A stretch of DNA of 64,000 nt from Podarcis erhardii (lineage: Eukaryota), in assembly GCA_964252035.1 (NCBI GenBank), contig OZ176201.1, one strand, 5' to 3'. Below, in pieces: positions 1 to 11,496 of this stretch. Within the stretch, counting starts at the first letter, position 1. Each line of letters opens with the position of its first letter. The position numbers and the translations under genes are program-made. The notes beneath the pieces were generated by a model. That model did no database searches. It saw nothing but the letters and a program-made list of their open reading frames with translations, and had not been told where the DNA came from.

Positions 1-469
1 TTAAATTTCAGGTATTATACTGCTTAACCAAAAGATTCTGGGGTAAGGGTTTCAACACTATTTCTTTCAAGTTTGGAAAAAACTTCACCTTTTGAATTCC
101 TGTCTGTAACACAGCAGTAAATGGCCTGGAGACCAGCAAAATATGGCAACTCAGTTAGGTAAATGGTGCCTCTGTTTTAGTAGTATTTGGGAAGGGATAG
201 AGAGAGATTTTCTAGACTCAGGGATGACCGCTGTGAAAAGGTTTGAAGAATACTCAGTCTAAGCTTCTCAGTTCTGTGACATAACATTAAGCTCAGGCTG
301 TGACATGAATGTTATATTGGGAAATACATTCCCTATGCATTCCAGTGTAAATCTTTAGATGGAAAGACTCCCCTGGATGTCAGTGTGGTTTGCACACACT
401 AAGATTAAATTAAATAAAATTTTATTGTTACCCCCTCCTTTGGCAATCCTCACAGAACTCTAGCCCAAT

Positions 470-610
470 GGTTGCCATTAATTTGATTTGAATTAATTTT
501 ATAATGAAATGATTTTAGAATGTTGTAATTATTTTACTGTTGTTAGCTGCTCTGAGCCCGGCTTTGGCTGGGGAGGGCGGGATATAAATAAAATTTTATT
601 ATTTTATTAT
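470..610 (+). mobile_element. L2-type 3' tail
   Basis: TGTTAGCTGCTCTGAGCCC...GGGAGGGCGGGATATAAATAAA. Confidence 0.6.
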
Positions 611-972
611 TATTTTTAAGAAAAACTTCAGAATACGCTCATCCAATGGGGTGGAGCTGCTGGTATTACCCGCCTGATAGCAACATGGATGCTGCTTACT
701 GGGAGGGATGAGGCAGCAGCGAGGCCAGGGCTGAATGGGCATACTGGCAGAGTGAATGTCACACTCCTGCCAATGCACCCACATGGCCCTGATATGGCTG
801 CTGTCTTATCCCTCCCCCCTGCGGTAAAGGGGAGGCCACTTCTGTGGCTCTTCCCCACCAGGCAAGCTGCTTCTGAAAGTCTCAAGGGAGTTGTTGATGA
901 GGAAAGAACGAACGAGACAGTAGACTGCTGGATGGTAATCTGAGCCAGATGCAGATTGGGACAGCTAGTAAT

Positions 973-1380
973 TACCGTATTTTTTTGCCCTATAGGACGC
1001 ACTTTTTCCCCTCCAAAAATGAAGGGGAAATGTGTGTGCGTCCTATGGGGCGAATGCAGGCTTTCGCTGAAGCCTGGAGAGCGAGAGGGGTCGGTGTGTA
1101 CCGACCCCTCTCGCTCTCCAGGCTTCAGGAAGCTCTCCGCAAGCAGTGGGAGAGCTGCCTGGACCCAGAAGCCTGGGGGCGCTGAGCTCAGCGTCCCCCA
1201 GGCTTCGGGCTTTTCGCAGCTCTCCTCAAGCAGTGGGAGAGCTGCGCGACTCTCCCACCACTTTGCGGAGAGCTGTCTGTTCTGGGGGCTGGAATTTTTT
1301 GTTCCTTATTTCCCCCCCCCCAAAAAAAAACTAGGTGTGTCCTATGGGCCGGTGTGCCCTATGGGACGAAAAATACGGTA
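973..1380. mobile_element. Tc1/mariner-superfamily (Tc2/Kanga-type TIR) MITE
   Basis: TA-CCGTATTTTT ... AAAAATACGG-TA terminal inverted repeats with TA duplication. It carries an internal duplicated motif (agctctcc..aagcagtgggagagctgc) and retained CpGs. Confidence 0.85.
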
Positions 1381-1651
1381 ATTGTTGTTGTTCTTATTAC
1401 TATTATTGTTTTATTGTTACAGGCCTTTATATCCTGCCCTCCCTCTGTTCAATCTGAAATGGCCGCTCAAAGGATGGCATAATGGGTTAAGAAACTTACT
1501 GGAGCTCAGTGGCCACAACCCCATATTTAAAAAAAACAACAAGAAGAGTGACTTTGGAGGAACACAACAGGCCTGGGAGCAATTTGAAGGTGAAGGAAAT
1601 TAGGGAAGGGAAATGCCTCCTCAACCCCCACTGAAATACAGAGTCTCTTAC

Positions 1652-1865
1652 CTTTGGGACATGATTTTGAAGGCATCTGGAAGATAGCACTGGACATTCT
1701 CCATCTGGAAGGGATCAGCATCACAGATCTTGTCGTCCGTACGCCCATAGTTGGCATTTTCCACCATGATAACATCACTGCCTGGGCAGCGCAGCTCAAT
1801 GGGGTAGCCCTCACATGCCAGTTCCCGCCGAACCAGACCAAAGGGTAAGCCAGCACGGCTTAGAC
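1652..1865 (-). CDS. ADGRL1: Latrophilin-1 exon encoding the N-terminal half of the rhamnose-binding-lectin-like (RBL/SUEL) domain, 214 nt
   Basis: Encodes (G)[70 protein letters not shown](R). Acceptor ctcctatctcagcag| and donor AG|gtaaga. Residues [20 protein letters not shown] and NVQCY fit ADGRL1 rather than ADGRL2 or ADGRL3. Confidence 0.97.
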
Positions 1866-2273
1866 CTGCTGAGATAGGAGATGAGAGGGTCAGGGCTACA
1901 GGCTTATTATGCCACTCGATCAAGCAATTCTAGTTTATCTCCTGATGGACTACTGCAATTTCCTACCAATCCTTAGGTATGCACAGCACACACCATGAGA
2001 CTAAAGCATGGAAAGCAGGACTCCAGGGTTGTTTTTCCAACTCTGCAGTCTTGTACAAAGAGAACCTAGTAAATCAGGATTTCTTGTTTTTCTGTTGCAT
2101 TTTCAACACATGCTGCAAGACCTATAACATGTTTATCTACTTCTGAGTCTCTGTTTTCCATGTCAATCTTTGGAGAACAGCAGCAGGGATTCTGGGTTCC
2201 CTTCTACCTCCACTGTGGCATGTCTGGTGTATGTTTTGTATGTGGAAGGGTGCTTGTCCGGACACTACCCAAG

Positions 2274-2278
<5 letters not shown>

Positions 2279-2323
<45 letters not shown>
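2279..2323 (+). repeat. (GA)n microsatellite
   Basis: Uninterrupted GA run. Confidence 0.97.
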
Positions 2324-2329
<6 letters not shown>

Positions 2330-3854
2330 CCTCCCCCCCTTTGCTGAGCTGAGCTGCATATTCAGAGTAAGCTCTACAGACTTAGGCAGATGTGCCTTTA
2401 AAAACCCAGACATGTTTTTCATAAAGCTCTTGGCTCCCTGCACCACCCGTGACCCACTTTAGAGACAGCAGCTGAGGAAAGGGTCTGGGAAATGTGCTGA
2501 GAAAAATTCCCTGCAATCCTTTTGAATCCTGCAAGGTTTTGCGAGACTGGAGAGGTGGAGATGGGAAGTAAACAAGGGTGGGGGGGGGGGACCAACTGAG
2601 ATCTGAACATGGATATTAGGGAGGTTTCTAGAAAGATTCATGGTTGAGCTTTCTGCTCATTTCTATTATGGGAAGGATATTGCACGATTGCCGGACTGAG
2701 AGCTCAGGCTCCTGGATCCCTCTGAACAAGGATGAGAAGGAGAAAAAGGACAACTGGGATCCATCTGCACAGCCAGGGCCAGCCACCAACATTTTACTGC
2801 CTGAGGCAAAGCAGTAAATGCCTCACCCCCGCTAGTCAAGGGCATTTTGGCATCTGAGGCAGAAAATCCCACATGCACATCTCCCCGTCCCCCTCCCTAG
2901 CAGTAAAAAATAATAATAATATTATTATTATAATGCATTAAATAACTAACAATTTGCTGCCTTTTCATGACATCCTAAATCAGCAGCCTGAGACAGCCCA
3001 CTCATTCTATCTAACGGTAGAGTCAGTACAGTGGGTACAAATTAACCTATCCGTCTTTAGCAGTGCAAATCTAAGCATGTTTAACCAGATGCAAATCCCA
3101 CTGAACTCAATGGAAGTTACAGCACAATACTTTACATGCCCACTCAGGAGTTCAGTGGAGCTTACGCCTAGGTAAGGAGGTGCTGGATTGCAACCATGGC
3201 CTGTGCATTTATTTAAGATTGCGGCCTAACAACACAATCCTCTACTCAGATGTAAACCCTGTTGAATTCAATTGAGCCTAAATTGTCTCATTTTTAAAAA
3301 AATAGTTGCTCTAACAGTCCAAGAGGATCCTCCTTCTCCTTTCAAACTAGCATAAAGGCTGAGTTGCAGTGTGCATGGTGTCTCCTCAGAAATCTCACAC
3401 CTCACTAAAGAAAACACACTCTTTCCACTCCTTCAATTAAAAATGATGCTATTCCAAGAGAAAGTTCCCTCAAACCTCTTCACATACTGGCTGTAGAAGG
3501 GGCAGGGCTTCATCTCCCTCAGCTTTTCCACCTCAGTGTTGGCAGTTCCATGTTGGCTAAGTCAAGGCATGGATGGGGGCTTGTTTCCCTGGCAAATGCT
3601 CAAAAGCTCAGAGTGGTTAACTGAGCACAGCTGTGAGGGGAGTGACTGTAAAGGAGGCTGGAGGGAATCAGGAAGCTGCTCTGTGCTCTATCCTGGCCTC
3701 TCCTCATCACCCGCTTACATGGAATGGGGCTTCCACATGCTCCGCCTCCTATGAAGGATCCTGCCCCATCCTGGACTAAGCTTTCTACTGTGGAGGGAAC
3801 AGCAGGAGTACCAGCAAGTGAGTTGGAGAGAATGGTAGGAAACAGAAAACTAGG

Positions 3855-4214
3855 TACAGTGGTGCCCCGCAAGACGAATGCCTCGCAAGACGGAAAACCC
3901 GCTAGACGAAAGGGTTTTCCGTTTTGGAGGCGCTTCGCAAAACGAATTTCCCTATGGGCTTGCTTTGCAAGACGAAATGTCTTGCGAGTTCCTGCGGGTT
4001 TCACCCCCTTTTTTTCCCCTTTTCCTAAGCCGCTAAACCGCTTATCAGCTGATCCGCTGATAAGCCGCTTATCAGCTGATCCGCTAAAAGCCGCTAAACC
4101 GCTAATAGCGCTAATCCGCTAAGCTGTCAATGGGCTTGCTTTGCAAGACGAAAAAACCGCTATATGAAGAGCCTCACGGAACGGATTAATGTCATCTTGC
4201 GAGGCACCACTGTA
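3855..4214. mobile_element. Tigger/pogo-type MITE, copy 1
   Basis: TA-CAGTGGTGCCCCGCAAGA ... TCTTGCGAGGCACCACTG-TA. TIRs plus TA TSD, with an internal CCGCTA-rich array. Confidence 0.9.
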
Positions 4215-7200
4215 GACAGAAAACAAGGGCAGCAAACCCAGTGGCAGGAGTGAGCAGAAGGAGACGGTGGGGCGTCTGTGCCAGTCAGCTGCCTTTGATG
4301 ATTCGCCACCTGAGACAAATAAAAGTCTTAGGGCCAGGCTTCCCTACAGCTGGGTCTTTGAGATTGAAGAATAGTGATGTGACTGTTTATGGTCATTGCA
4401 TGCTACAAACATCAGCTTGGGAAGGACAGCTACCTGCAACGACTGCATTATGGTTTCCCACAACCCTAGTAGTATGTTCCCCAGCTACAATTCGAGCTGG
4501 CTGAAAAATGCATACTTAATGGCCTACTGCTGTCTCTGCCCCACTCCCAACCACTGCATTTCTCTATCCACATGGCTCCCTCCTCATGCTAAACTGGGAA
4601 GAAATGCCCCCCTCATTTTCTAGGAGCAATGCCTGCAATAGAAGAAGCAGACCACACCCCTCATTCACTATTAACCAAGGGGCTGAAGTAGCAGGGCCTG
4701 GAACCTGACAGAAGGACCAAGATGGCAGTGAAACAGCAGTCACATACCTGGACAGCATAGGTGTGAACTGGCAACTATGTTCAGGCTGTCTGGCATGCCT
4801 TTCAGGGACAATGCCCTGAGACAAACGTTCAATTTGGCCTGTGCTCCATTTGCTTTGACGTGTTCTTTCTGCCATTATAATCTGTGTGACATTGGGTAGC
4901 ACATCAGCTTTGCCTCTCCCAAATGGGGACGGTGGGAAGGATGTACACCCGATGTACACCCAGTGTACACTGCTAGAAGAAAACTGCAAGGGGAGTCGCT
5001 CGGTTGTATGTGTGGGTACACCTAAGCCTTCCTTGCGGGCTTCACATAGCCTCTTAGCTTGTCGCAGCTAATCAGCCAAGAGACCTGTACCTTCAGCTGC
5101 AAAGGGCAAGAGTCAGAGCCCCTAGTGGGGAACATACATTAGTGGCACTCAGGGCTTTAAAGGCAGGCTAGAGAGGGGACTGGGAAGCAAGCATGTCATA
5201 GCTGCTCTTTGTGTAATTTTTCCTTCCCCCTTGCTGGGTTAATGGAAGGACCCTGTGGAGGGAGTCTGTAATTAAACCATTAGCTGAGTAACTAACTAGT
5301 AACAGCCCGAGTGCTGGTGGTTGTTTCAGGCGGTGTTGGTGGGGGAGCCCAGCAGACAACAGAAGGTACGAGCTGAGAGAGCAAGAAAGGGCAGCCGAGA
5401 GTGGATACGTGAATGGAGGACAGTAAATGAAGAAGGGACAGCAGACCTTGGCAGTAAGTATTGTAGAAACCCAAATACGGCTGCCAAAAGCCATGTATTT
5501 CCCACACTGGCAGCCTCAGGATAGGCTCATGAACAAAGCCCCAAGAGTCTCCCAGCTGCATCTGGATGTGTTTGCAATGAGCTGGGGCTATGGCACCTAT
5601 TTGGTTTCAGGGCAGACAGCTGGTTGCAGCTAATTGTAGGTGTGATCCGACTTTCCTAAACATATTGAGTAATTCACAGGGGCACAGAGTTGCGGGGGAA
5701 AGCTTTGCTTCCAGCTCCTTATTTTCTTAGCTGCCACAGCTACCAACCTCTTGCTTCTTCTCAATAGGGTCTGAAGAGGACAATGACATTATATCCCCTC
5801 TATGCCCTTTTATCAGTTGTCGGTCTGTCTGCTCCTCCACACACCACTCCACTTTAGCAGCTGGGCAAACCTGGCTATTCTTGGGACTGAGGAGGTAAGT
5901 TTACTTTGGAAAGTACCAAGACAGATTCCTTGTATGTGGACACACGAAGGGACCAAGGGACATGTGTCCCTAGTGGAACTGGGCAGAGGGGATGGTGGAG
6001 AAGCTGCAATTATCAGGGGTAAAATATTTAACACCTAAAGCATAAACCTCCTACTCAGACTGAAGGAGATGCTCTTACAATGGGCAATTATCAGCTACTA
6101 TGCCCACTGATTCTCAATGGTGGATTACAGGACAGGTGTACCAGGCAGGCAGCACTGGATGGCAGAGTCAATTTGGAATTTAGCAGGATAAAAGAAGAAA
6201 ATAATGGGAATGAAAAGATTTCTTTTCAATATGTTTCAGAATGACCAGCCCAGTGCTCCTCCTGGGGTACCAGTGGCCTCTTCATCCTGGCTCTAACCAC
6301 GTAAGCAGGAACATGAATATATGGCTGTCTACTGATGGGCATCATGATGGGCATTAGTCCCTCCCTACCCAAACTGTCAAGCTCAGCCATACAATGAACC
6401 ATGGGTTAGTGCAGAAAACTGGCTTTGTTTAAAGCCACCCCCTGCCTATTGAAACCCATGTGGCTGATGCTTTGAAGCTGGACCCCAGTGCTATGCAGTT
6501 GCCCTAGGAGGGGAACACAAAGGGGCCTGAGAGATAAAACGCCAGAAGCAGCAGCCACAATAGTGCCTTGAAGTGGGAAGCATGGGACAGAAAAGCACTG
6601 ATTAAAGAGAGGCCAGGTGCATTATGGGAGATTCACCAGTGACTTTGACTGCTAGAGCTTCCTGCTGAAAGAAGGAGGGAGATCAAACACTCCTCTCATA
6701 CAGCAATCTCCAATAGTATGGCCAGGTACAATGTGGGCATGGGTAGAAAATGTGGGGATGAATGTGAGGAACAAGAGCCCTGGTTGGATATTAAGTGTAC
6801 CAGTGTTCCCATGTTCTCTGCAGTCTTACAGTGCTTCAGAAGTATTTTTCTACACGTTTATGATTTCATTATTTAGTTACCTGTGCCTGGGAGGCTCTAG
6901 GTAGGTAGAAATTATCAAACTGAAGTGCTTTCATCTTTTGGGAAGATGGATAGATCAACAACAACAATAACGTGATCTAAAAGACTTCAGCAGATCTTGG
7001 AACGGCCTTAACAAATTGTGCCTATCATATGTAAAAGGCCAAATTCTCTACAATGGGCATTAAGATAAAAAAAATAATGCTTCCTTGAGTTCGCCATCAA
7101 AAGGCTGAGGCTAGACAGCAAAGGCATGTAGAAAAGCAGACCCATAGCTTGTGAATATTCCACATTTTGCAACTGCACTGTCCAGGCACAGATATTGCTG

Positions 7201-9894
7201 CTGAACTCAAATGCCAGCATGTTCACAATCTCAAAGTTACAGAGATCAAGAGCTATTTTAGCAGAGTCTACTCTCTCCAAACCCAGGGGTGGTAAGATAA
7301 ATGCACCCAGGCATGAATAAGGAAGCTGAGTCTAAATCAAATCGTTGATTTATGTGTATGAGCTCCCACCACTGATAAACTTATAACATTCAGGTTGAAC
7401 AGAGACCCAAGAGCTTAGTATGATCTAGGATCCAGGCCACAGAACTATAGGCAATCACCTTAGTTACAGAAAACAAGGTCATTTCACTTCCCACAATCCT
7501 CTTCATTTCTTGACTACATCCAAATGCACTGTAGTGCAAGGCTAGTTGGCAAAGGCAATTTATGTAAGTCATGAGGAGCAGAAGAAAAGAATGTGGAGCA
7601 AGCAAATATGTGCAAATTTGCACAATCCATATAGATCCTCATAGGATTCAGATTTTATTTGTGCGTTTTTTGCAAGCTTTTCTTTTTTAAAAAAGCATAG
7701 AATATACAAAATTTTGGCCTTCCCCTCACAAATTTTTAAACTCTTCCCAGTACCTTTGTCACAGCATTAGTTTGAGCTTCTTCAGAAAGACTTCTTTAAA
7801 TTTCTTTGCATTTTTAAGCACTGTTTATATGTGCTAGGGCTTTGCACATTTGAGTTTAAGGTGGCCTATAGATTAATTGAGAGATTATGGGTGTGGTTGT
7901 GCAATTCTCACATGAGTGTAGATAGCTGTGCCTAAGTACAGCTGCCTTCTAGTGGGTACAATAGGCAGTACTCAATTGCCCATCTGCCTGTCAACCAAAA
8001 TATCAGGTCAAACCGAAAAGGAAGCTGGCAGTTTTGTGTCTTCCCTTGGGATGCAGCCTGGTAGGCTAACAGTCTATGAAACCCCAGTGTTTTTCCTTGG
8101 TGAAGGAGATACTTGGATCTGAAAGACTAGTGAAAGGCCAAAGCTAAGCACACCCTTTCATTGCATATCAAAATTGCCTCTAATGCAAGAGACTCAAGAC
8201 CTCCAACCAACACCATTTTCTTCCATGTCAGATTCACCCAGACTAAAATTAGAATGTGGGACAGATGGCGCTGTATGGATCCGCTTAAAAAAAAAAGTCC
8301 ATCCCCTCACCCCCCCCCAAAAAAACCCCTTAGAGGTGGCAGAGTATTGGAAGACATCTGCTCTCAAGGGGGTGGGGAGGTGGGGATAAGTCATTAGTTC
8401 CTGGCATTGTATAAAATTGGTACTAACATCTCGTACACTGGCTGGAAATGGTTTCTTAGAACTAATGTTACATCTGCAAGATCTCCAAAGAGGGTTGCAA
8501 CTTGTCCCTTTTTAAAAGGCACATCTGTGATTCTGGAGCATTCCATTCTCAAAGAAAATGATGAACGTTCTGTTTTTAAAAATGAACTGACCACCTTCAA
8601 TGCTAATTCACATGTGACCAGTCCCTGTTAACAAATTCTTCTTCCTCCTGGGCTGCACCTACAGTCAACATTTCCTGTCCCGCAAAACTAAACAGGACAA
8701 GCTGAGGCTGACAAATTTATGCCTGGAATGCAACCATATACCCAAAGGGTTAAGAGGCAAGTGGTTTCACTGCATAGCATGCTGTGGCTGAGTGTCCATG
8801 ACTGAAAGATATATGGAATCAGAAAGCTGGAAAGGTAAAAAAGGCTATATAGTCCCAACATTCTGCCCAAATGCAGGAACTTCTATCTACGTGCCCCAGT
8901 CTCATTCCTATCATTCTGCTCTGAATGGTGTCCTACAAAGCAATAGCTAGTGAACCCCACAGACCAGGGGTGGGGAACCTCCAGCCCGCAGGCAAAACAT
9001 GATCCTGCAAAGGAACAACTGGGAGCTTAAAGAAGCTTCCTGATAGTTCCTTTGCTGGAGGTCATATCCCTCCCAACACTGCTCTGTGCAGCAACTTCTT
9101 TCCACCTCCAACATCTGAGGTAGAAAGGAGAAGCACAAGGAGGCTTGCAAAGCATATGGCTGGCAACACCCCTTGTGCAGAGGTTCTCAATCTTCGGGTT
9201 TTGACAGCTGGCCTTTATATGATGTTATAATTATGTAATGTGATTGACAGGTGGGTTGCCCCTGTCATAGCTGCCCTGCAAAGGCTCCCCACTCCTGTCA
9301 CGAACCATGTGCTTGCAGAACAAATAGCTCATGACAATTCAAACAAGTAAGCCAAGCTATGCACTGAACAAGGCAAGGGAAAGGAAATGAAAGGAAGAAG
9401 TGGCTCACTCTGTTTCTGACTGGGGGTAAGATTGCTTGAAAATGTAAGTATATTACTAAGTAACTGGGGGAGGCTTTTGAAGGTAGGAGTTATGTGGGAT
9501 ATTGTTGAAGGAAATTAAGAAAATTGGGGTGGGAGTGGAAACTACGGATTTATTTGGTCTGGGGAATTGACTTGCTTTGAGACCCCAAGTGTTCTTGCTT
9601 TGTACTTGTGACACAGCTGGACAGCAAGTCACATTGAAATTGGTGGCACTTGCTTTTGAGCCAATAGCATGTATAAGATGGTGGTGAATTTTATTATTAT
9701 TTATTACTTTATGTACCACTTACAAGTCAAGATGGCTGCACCAGTAAGATGCATTTAGGATCAGGATGCACAAGTAATTGCTCATGGGTAAATGCAACAA
9801 AAAACCTCCCCAAAAACCCCAAAGTGCAGGGAGGGCAAAGCATGCAACCTTCCCACAGGACAGACAGTAGCTTATGGCAAATACTTAATTTTTT

Positions 9895-10030
9895 TAAAAA
9901 ATTAAATTTGTATACAGCCCTTCATCTGAAGATCACAGGGTGGTTCACAAGATAAAAATACAAAATGCAAACACAAAATACATAATAAAACAAGAGCAAA
10001 ACCGATCAATAACCCCACTTCCACTTATAT
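9895..10030 (-). mobile_element. L2-type 3' tail
   Basis: TTTGTATACAGCCCTTCATCTGAAGATCACAGGGTGGTTCACAA, followed by an A-rich tract. Confidence 0.55.
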
Positions 10031-10446
10031 TTAGACTTGCCTCAGTTTGTGTTTTGGAGGCCCATATATTTGACCCTCTAGAGGCAGACGGCTTAGTAGT
10101 GTGGATTATGTTTGATCTGCCTGATGATCAGAAATAAAATGTTCCCTAAAAGGCAATTCAGGTGATGTTCCAAGATACTCTGACCCTTGACTAGGGAAAA
10201 GGGAGAGGCACGATTTGCTGAGATGCTGCTTATCAACATTTAGCAGCTGAACGTAAGACAGAGCAGACAGGTGGGTCACCTTTAGTGAGATGCATTGTAT
10301 TTCATAAATTATGGCAGATATTTTGAAATCTGCATTTAATATGCATATGAATTTTCTCTCCCCCACTTCCTTTTGCAATGGGTAAGTAGCCACACTACAG
10401 TGACAGCTCTCCGACAAAAGCTGTAGCAGCTTCAGATTATGTGTGT

Positions 10447-10805
10447 CAGGTGGTGAACCTTTTTCAGCCTGAGGGCTGCCTTCCTTTATAGGCAAACTTC
10501 TGGGGAGAAACATGCCCACTGGTGGGTTGGGATAGAGACAAAAAGTAGGCGGAGCAAAGGACGTGTCTCTTTACCTATGTACAGTAGGCCACATTCCAGC
10601 CACATAAAAGTCTGAGACTTCTATACACCCCACATTGCTCTCCATCCAGACAAGGAAGAGGCAATTTCACCTTTCAAGGATGTATTCCTGCCAGGAAAAG
10701 GCCCTCAAGAAGAATGTAGTGCAGGTGTGGCTTGAGGAAGGGCTAAGGCTTGAGGAGAGACTTGAGGGTCATAGAGATTGCTGGAGGGCCACATTCGACC
10801 CCCTG
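10447..10805. mobile_element. hAT-type MITE (about 360-bp family), old
   Basis: Begins CAGGTGGTGAACCTTTTTCAGCCTGAGGGC and ends GGAGGGCCACATTCGACCCCCTG. Homologous to 35810-35988 and 59814-60502 in the opposite orientation. Confidence 0.65.
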
Positions 10806-11350
10806 TTTACATGGTTCCTAATTTTAACTTGTTCATATCATGTCCTACTCCAAAACTTCAGGAAGAATCCGATCAAGATTCACAAGCACACCAAAATATA
10901 GCCAGTCATAATCTCAGGGTTCCTTCTGCACTTTCAGGGGCATTGCCCTCTATTTATTGGGAAGGTTTAACATGAAGCACTTTTTGGTTACGCACCCATA
11001 TATATCTATGACAAGGCCAGGAATTGTAATTGCAAAGCACCGTACATTTCTAAATAAAGTACTTCTGTTTCCAGTACTTAATTAGAAAATATTTTGACAT
11101 GCTCAACAGAAGCAGTTAAATACTGTTCTAAAAATTATCTTACTGCTTATTCTGGAAAAAAATAAAATAAAAGTTTTATTCTGGGAACTGCAAGATTGCT
11201 CACTTCTATTTTGTATCAAATGAGAGTTTTGTTTTGTTTTCCCCTGGCCTTGCTGTGGCAGCAAGACAAAAGCTTATGACTCAATTAACCACAAGGCCTG
11301 GACTCACTCAGGAAGAAGTCCAAGGGCTGCCTCTCTTGAACTCCCCTTAC

Positions 11351-11420
11351 CTTGGGTGGCTGAGGTGACAAGGACAGTGGTGATGCAGAGACTCCAGAGG
11401 GCATGGATGAGCCGGGCCAT
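11351..11420 (-). CDS. ADGRL1: Latrophilin-1 first coding exon (signal peptide), 70 nt coding
   Basis: Minus strand reads ATG GCC CGG CTC ATC CAT GCC CTC TGG...GCC ACC CAA G|gtaagg = [23 protein letters not shown]+G, similar to the mammalian ADGRL1 N-terminus [24 protein letters not shown]. Strong Kozak context (agcATGG) and a canonical donor. Phase 1 joins in frame to the 1652-1865 exon. This exon is absent from the ORF track. Confidence 0.95.
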
Positions 11421-11496
11421 GCTGCACTCGATGCTGGAGCTGTCAGCAACCTGGAGCCACTCTGGTCATCCCAGAGTGGAGGACACAACAGCAGGC
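11421..11496 (-). other. ADGRL1: 5'UTR part of the ADGRL1 first coding exon
   Basis: Polypyrimidine acceptor ctcctcttctttcttccaccag| ends at 11497 on the minus strand, giving a 146-nt exon (11351-11496). Confidence 0.8.
11443..11469 (-). promoter_or_regulatory. Upstream ORF (MTRVAPGC*) in the ADGRL1 5'UTR
   Basis: ATG ACC AGA GTG GCT CCA GGT TGC TGA on the minus strand. The stop lies 22 nt upstream of the main ATG. Translation is not shown. Confidence 0.6.

Larger units (their letters stand above)
1866..11350 (-). other. ADGRL1: ADGRL1 intron between the signal-peptide exon and the RBL exon (9,485 nt, phase 1)
   Basis: GT...AG boundaries, and the reading frame is preserved across the junction (CAA G|GT CTA AGC = Q G L S). 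Confidence 0.9.

Noticed and set aside
1-1651. Next ADGRL1 exon (CNNRTQCVV...) and the KVEQK mini-exon
   Set aside because: No matching codons were found on the minus strand. They presumably lie beyond the left edge of the window.
1652-1865. Signature of alpha-latrotoxin resistance in a lizard latrophilin-1
   Set aside because: Toxin binding is attributed mainly to the hormone-binding/GAIN region, which is not in this window, and this exon is almost invariant.
1648-1923. 91-aa ORF as a complete gene
   Set aside because: Only 1652-1865 is exon. The N-terminal [19 protein letters not shown] is read-through into the intron acceptor region.
3600-4122. 134-aa and 132-aa ORFs (also 22274-22609 and 59689-60036)
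   Set aside because: They are open frames through a stop-poor MITE, with no transposase motifs.
4025-4125. CRISPR-like or regulatory repeat array
   Set aside because: The genome is eukaryotic, units are 6-16 bp without unique spacers, and the array is internal to a MITE.
5673-5686. CTCF site (also about 40153-40170 and 42487-42500)
   Set aside because: Partial cores only (CAGGGGGCAC; one with an extra base; CTAGATGGCA). Too weak without ChIP data.
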